Part shown: in pieces, positions 61,782-64,000 of the stretch | Layout of the letters: each line of letters begins with the position of its first letter | How positions within the stretch are numbered: the stretch's first letter is position 1 | Assembly: GCF_009914755.1 (NCBI RefSeq) | Contig: NC_060934.1 | Source: the human T2T-CHM13v2.0 reference genome, Homo sapiens | Direction: 5' to 3' (one strand) | Length of the DNA stretch: 64,000 bases | The notes under the pieces: generated by a model | Told to the model about the DNA's origin: nothing | Databases searched by the model: none | What the model saw: only the letters and a program-made list of their open reading frames with translations | Translations under genes and position numbers: made by a program

Positions 61782-64000
61782 GAACTGTCCGTCTCTATCA
61801 TGCCATCCCCAAACAACACCGTCCTCTGACACCGGTAGCTGAGGAGTGTTTTCTGAAAACAAAGCAATTTCCAAGGCCTGTGGCTTATGGTGCAGATCCT
61901 CACTAAATATTGTTTCACCTTCTAGAGCACCTTTTGTGACTGTATTAGTCCAGAGATAGCCCATTTGATATCCACCACAACCACTGGCCAGTCTTTCAGA
62001 AAATGCTGGGTTTCCTAACCCTCCCATCGGGTAATAGGAAAATTCACTCAAAAAACGGGAGACTCCTTCTGGGAAACTCTGCCAATCCACTTTTGAGGGA
62101 TGTTCACATCTATTTAGGACACCTTCTGTGAGTGATAAAATGTGGCCACTACTTGGTACAATCGTGTCTTTGCTGTCCACGGGGACAGCGGGAATCCCCT
62201 GCGCTGCATCGCAGGGGGCACCTGTGTATCTGTCCGCTAGGGTGGGATCAACACCAACCAGAAAGAAATTGCCACTGGGAGTGTCACGTGACTCTATTTT
62301 CTCAAAACTCACCTTAGCATTTCCCATAAAACCCATTTCACCATTTAAAGTCGACTGTGTAAGAGTGGACTTGGCGTTTCCTTCTTTGAAATGGTGTGCA
62401 CGTTCACTCGTCCCACATGGACCCAGGCAGTCAGTAATTCTGGGGTCAATACTATCTTTCTCCAAATAAAGTCTCTCTTCCTCTTCTTTACATGTTAGTT
62501 TTGGTTTACTCAACCCTGATGTATTATTACCAAAGATACCAGAAGCTTCTTCAATTGATTCAGAGGAAATTCCCTTCCATTTTGGGCTTTTACCACCACT
62601 AACAGAATTCTCTACTATTTCTGACTTCTGTATAACTGGATTAACACTTGGACTGAAATGTGGTAACACACTAAGAACATTATATTTGCAGTCGTATACT
62701 CGGTGTGTTTCATAACTTTTTTCTATTTGATTAGTTTCAAAATCAGCGTTCTCTGTTGCACTAGAACTAACACAGGAGAGTACATCCTGACTTGGCACTG
62801 CCTCATGTCTTTGTGTACCTGTTTCCCACTCATAGGTTGTTTTAGAATCTGACTTGACAGTCTCTATGTCATCTTCACTTGTCTCACTATACTTTGCTTG
62901 CAGTGATTCTTTTTCACTACCTTCTAACCTTTGAGGGTCACTCAGCTGGTCTCGTGACACACTGACTGAACTCTTCACACATATTTCACCCTCTGTTTTG
63001 TCACCTGGGCTTGTTTCCCTCTCTTCTTCCTCTGTGCAGGTGAAAATAAATGCGGAGGAAACACAGTTACTGTGAAGAGATCTGGAGTGACTGGGAGACT
63101 TGCCATCGGGGGGCACTCCTTGTGCCATGCTAAGCTTTAGGCCATCTGTCCTCTGCACCGTCCCCTGCGTGTCCACCACACGCTCCACACAAGTTTGGTC
63201 ACAGGTCTGTGTTGCAGCCTCATCTGCTTGACACCAAGATTTTGACTCAAAAGCCCTTACACCATGACCCTCAGCCTTCCAAACGCCAATTCTGTCCTCT
63301 TCTTGGTAAAAGGCACTATTTTCAGATTGCAGAGACACCTCACCTCTGTCTGGCAGCAGGGGACTTCTGGCCTCCAGGCTGCAGTCCCCTCTGCGCTGTG
63401 CCTTCCTGACTTGTCTGGGGACAGGTTCCGGCTCCCAGCAGTCATCAAGCTGGCTTGGGGCTGCTTCTCTTGAATTAGCGTGACCTGAGAGACACCCACT
63501 TCCAAATCTTACTGCAGTGATAGGCCTCTTAGGACTTAAATCAATTCTATCTAGACCAACAGGAAGGATACTATCTGCTTTGTTAACGTCCAAGTAGAAA
63601 TCATCGTTGTCTCTTAGTGGTGTGATAGAGTTATTTTCTCTCTCCTTTTTAGAATGTAAACTCTGGTCGACAACAACTGTTACCACCTCCGGGTCATCAC
63701 TCCCTGCAACACATGCAGTGTCAGTACAAAAGCTACCAGGTGAATGTGCAGTGTCAGTACGGAAGCCACCAGGTGGATGATCCATCTCACTTCCTACTCC
63801 TGAGTTACAGCTCTCACTTTCTCCCAGGACACACGCATGACTTAGTGAGTCACTGTCCATGTTGTTATTTAATTCAGGGAGTAGGTCAATACCATGTAGT
63901 GCACTACTTTCTGCGTAATTTTTAGGGAATTCAGTGCAAGCTTCTGCCTGTAAAGCCTCCATCTGCACGTTATCAGTGTTTGCTTCACAAGGTGCATGGC
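61782..64000 (-). CDS. LARP4B: Candidate giant alternative coding exon of LARP4B (at least 739 codons, acidic and Ser/Cys-rich, 5' end outside window)
   Basis: ORF 61722-63968 stays open to the window edge (HAPCEANTDN-VQME...). Donor TTC|GTAAGT at 61782/61781 is phase 0, matching the phase-0 acceptor of exon 56045. Confidence 0.7.

Noticed and set aside
61722-63968. The giant ORF as an independent nested gene or L1/ERV protein
   Set aside because: No RT, endonuclease, gag or env motifs. Same strand and phase as LARP4B with a consensus donor, so an alternative exon is simpler; a separate gene cannot be fully excluded without the upstream sequence.

Overview
Primate (human or near-human) genomic DNA carrying most of LARP4B (La-related protein 4B) on the minus strand. 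I placed 15 coding exons by reading splice sites and codon phase by hand (56045 down to the TGA at 4698). They total 2076 nt, or 691 codons plus stop, and run from the PAM2w motif through the La motif and RRM to the C-terminus. The N-terminal ~47 codons lie beyond the right edge. A ~3.4 kb 3'UTR follows, with a distal AATAAA at 1332-1337. One intron has a GC donor. The introns hold 22 Alus, large old L1 blocks, a near full-length Tigger1, a MER30, ERV, L2 and MIR fragments, and several minisatellites. The most striking unexplained feature is a >2.2 kb stop-free reading frame (61782 to beyond 64000) that does not resemble a transposon. It ends at a consensus phase-0 donor in frame with the PAM2w exon, so it is a candidate giant alternative exon that would roughly double the protein. 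Other candidates are a poison exon (12051-12122), a 27-nt in-frame microexon (36921-36947) and several exon blocks flanked by inverted Alus (possible circRNAs). Gene and repeat identities come from recognition, not database searches, and repeat boundaries are approximate.
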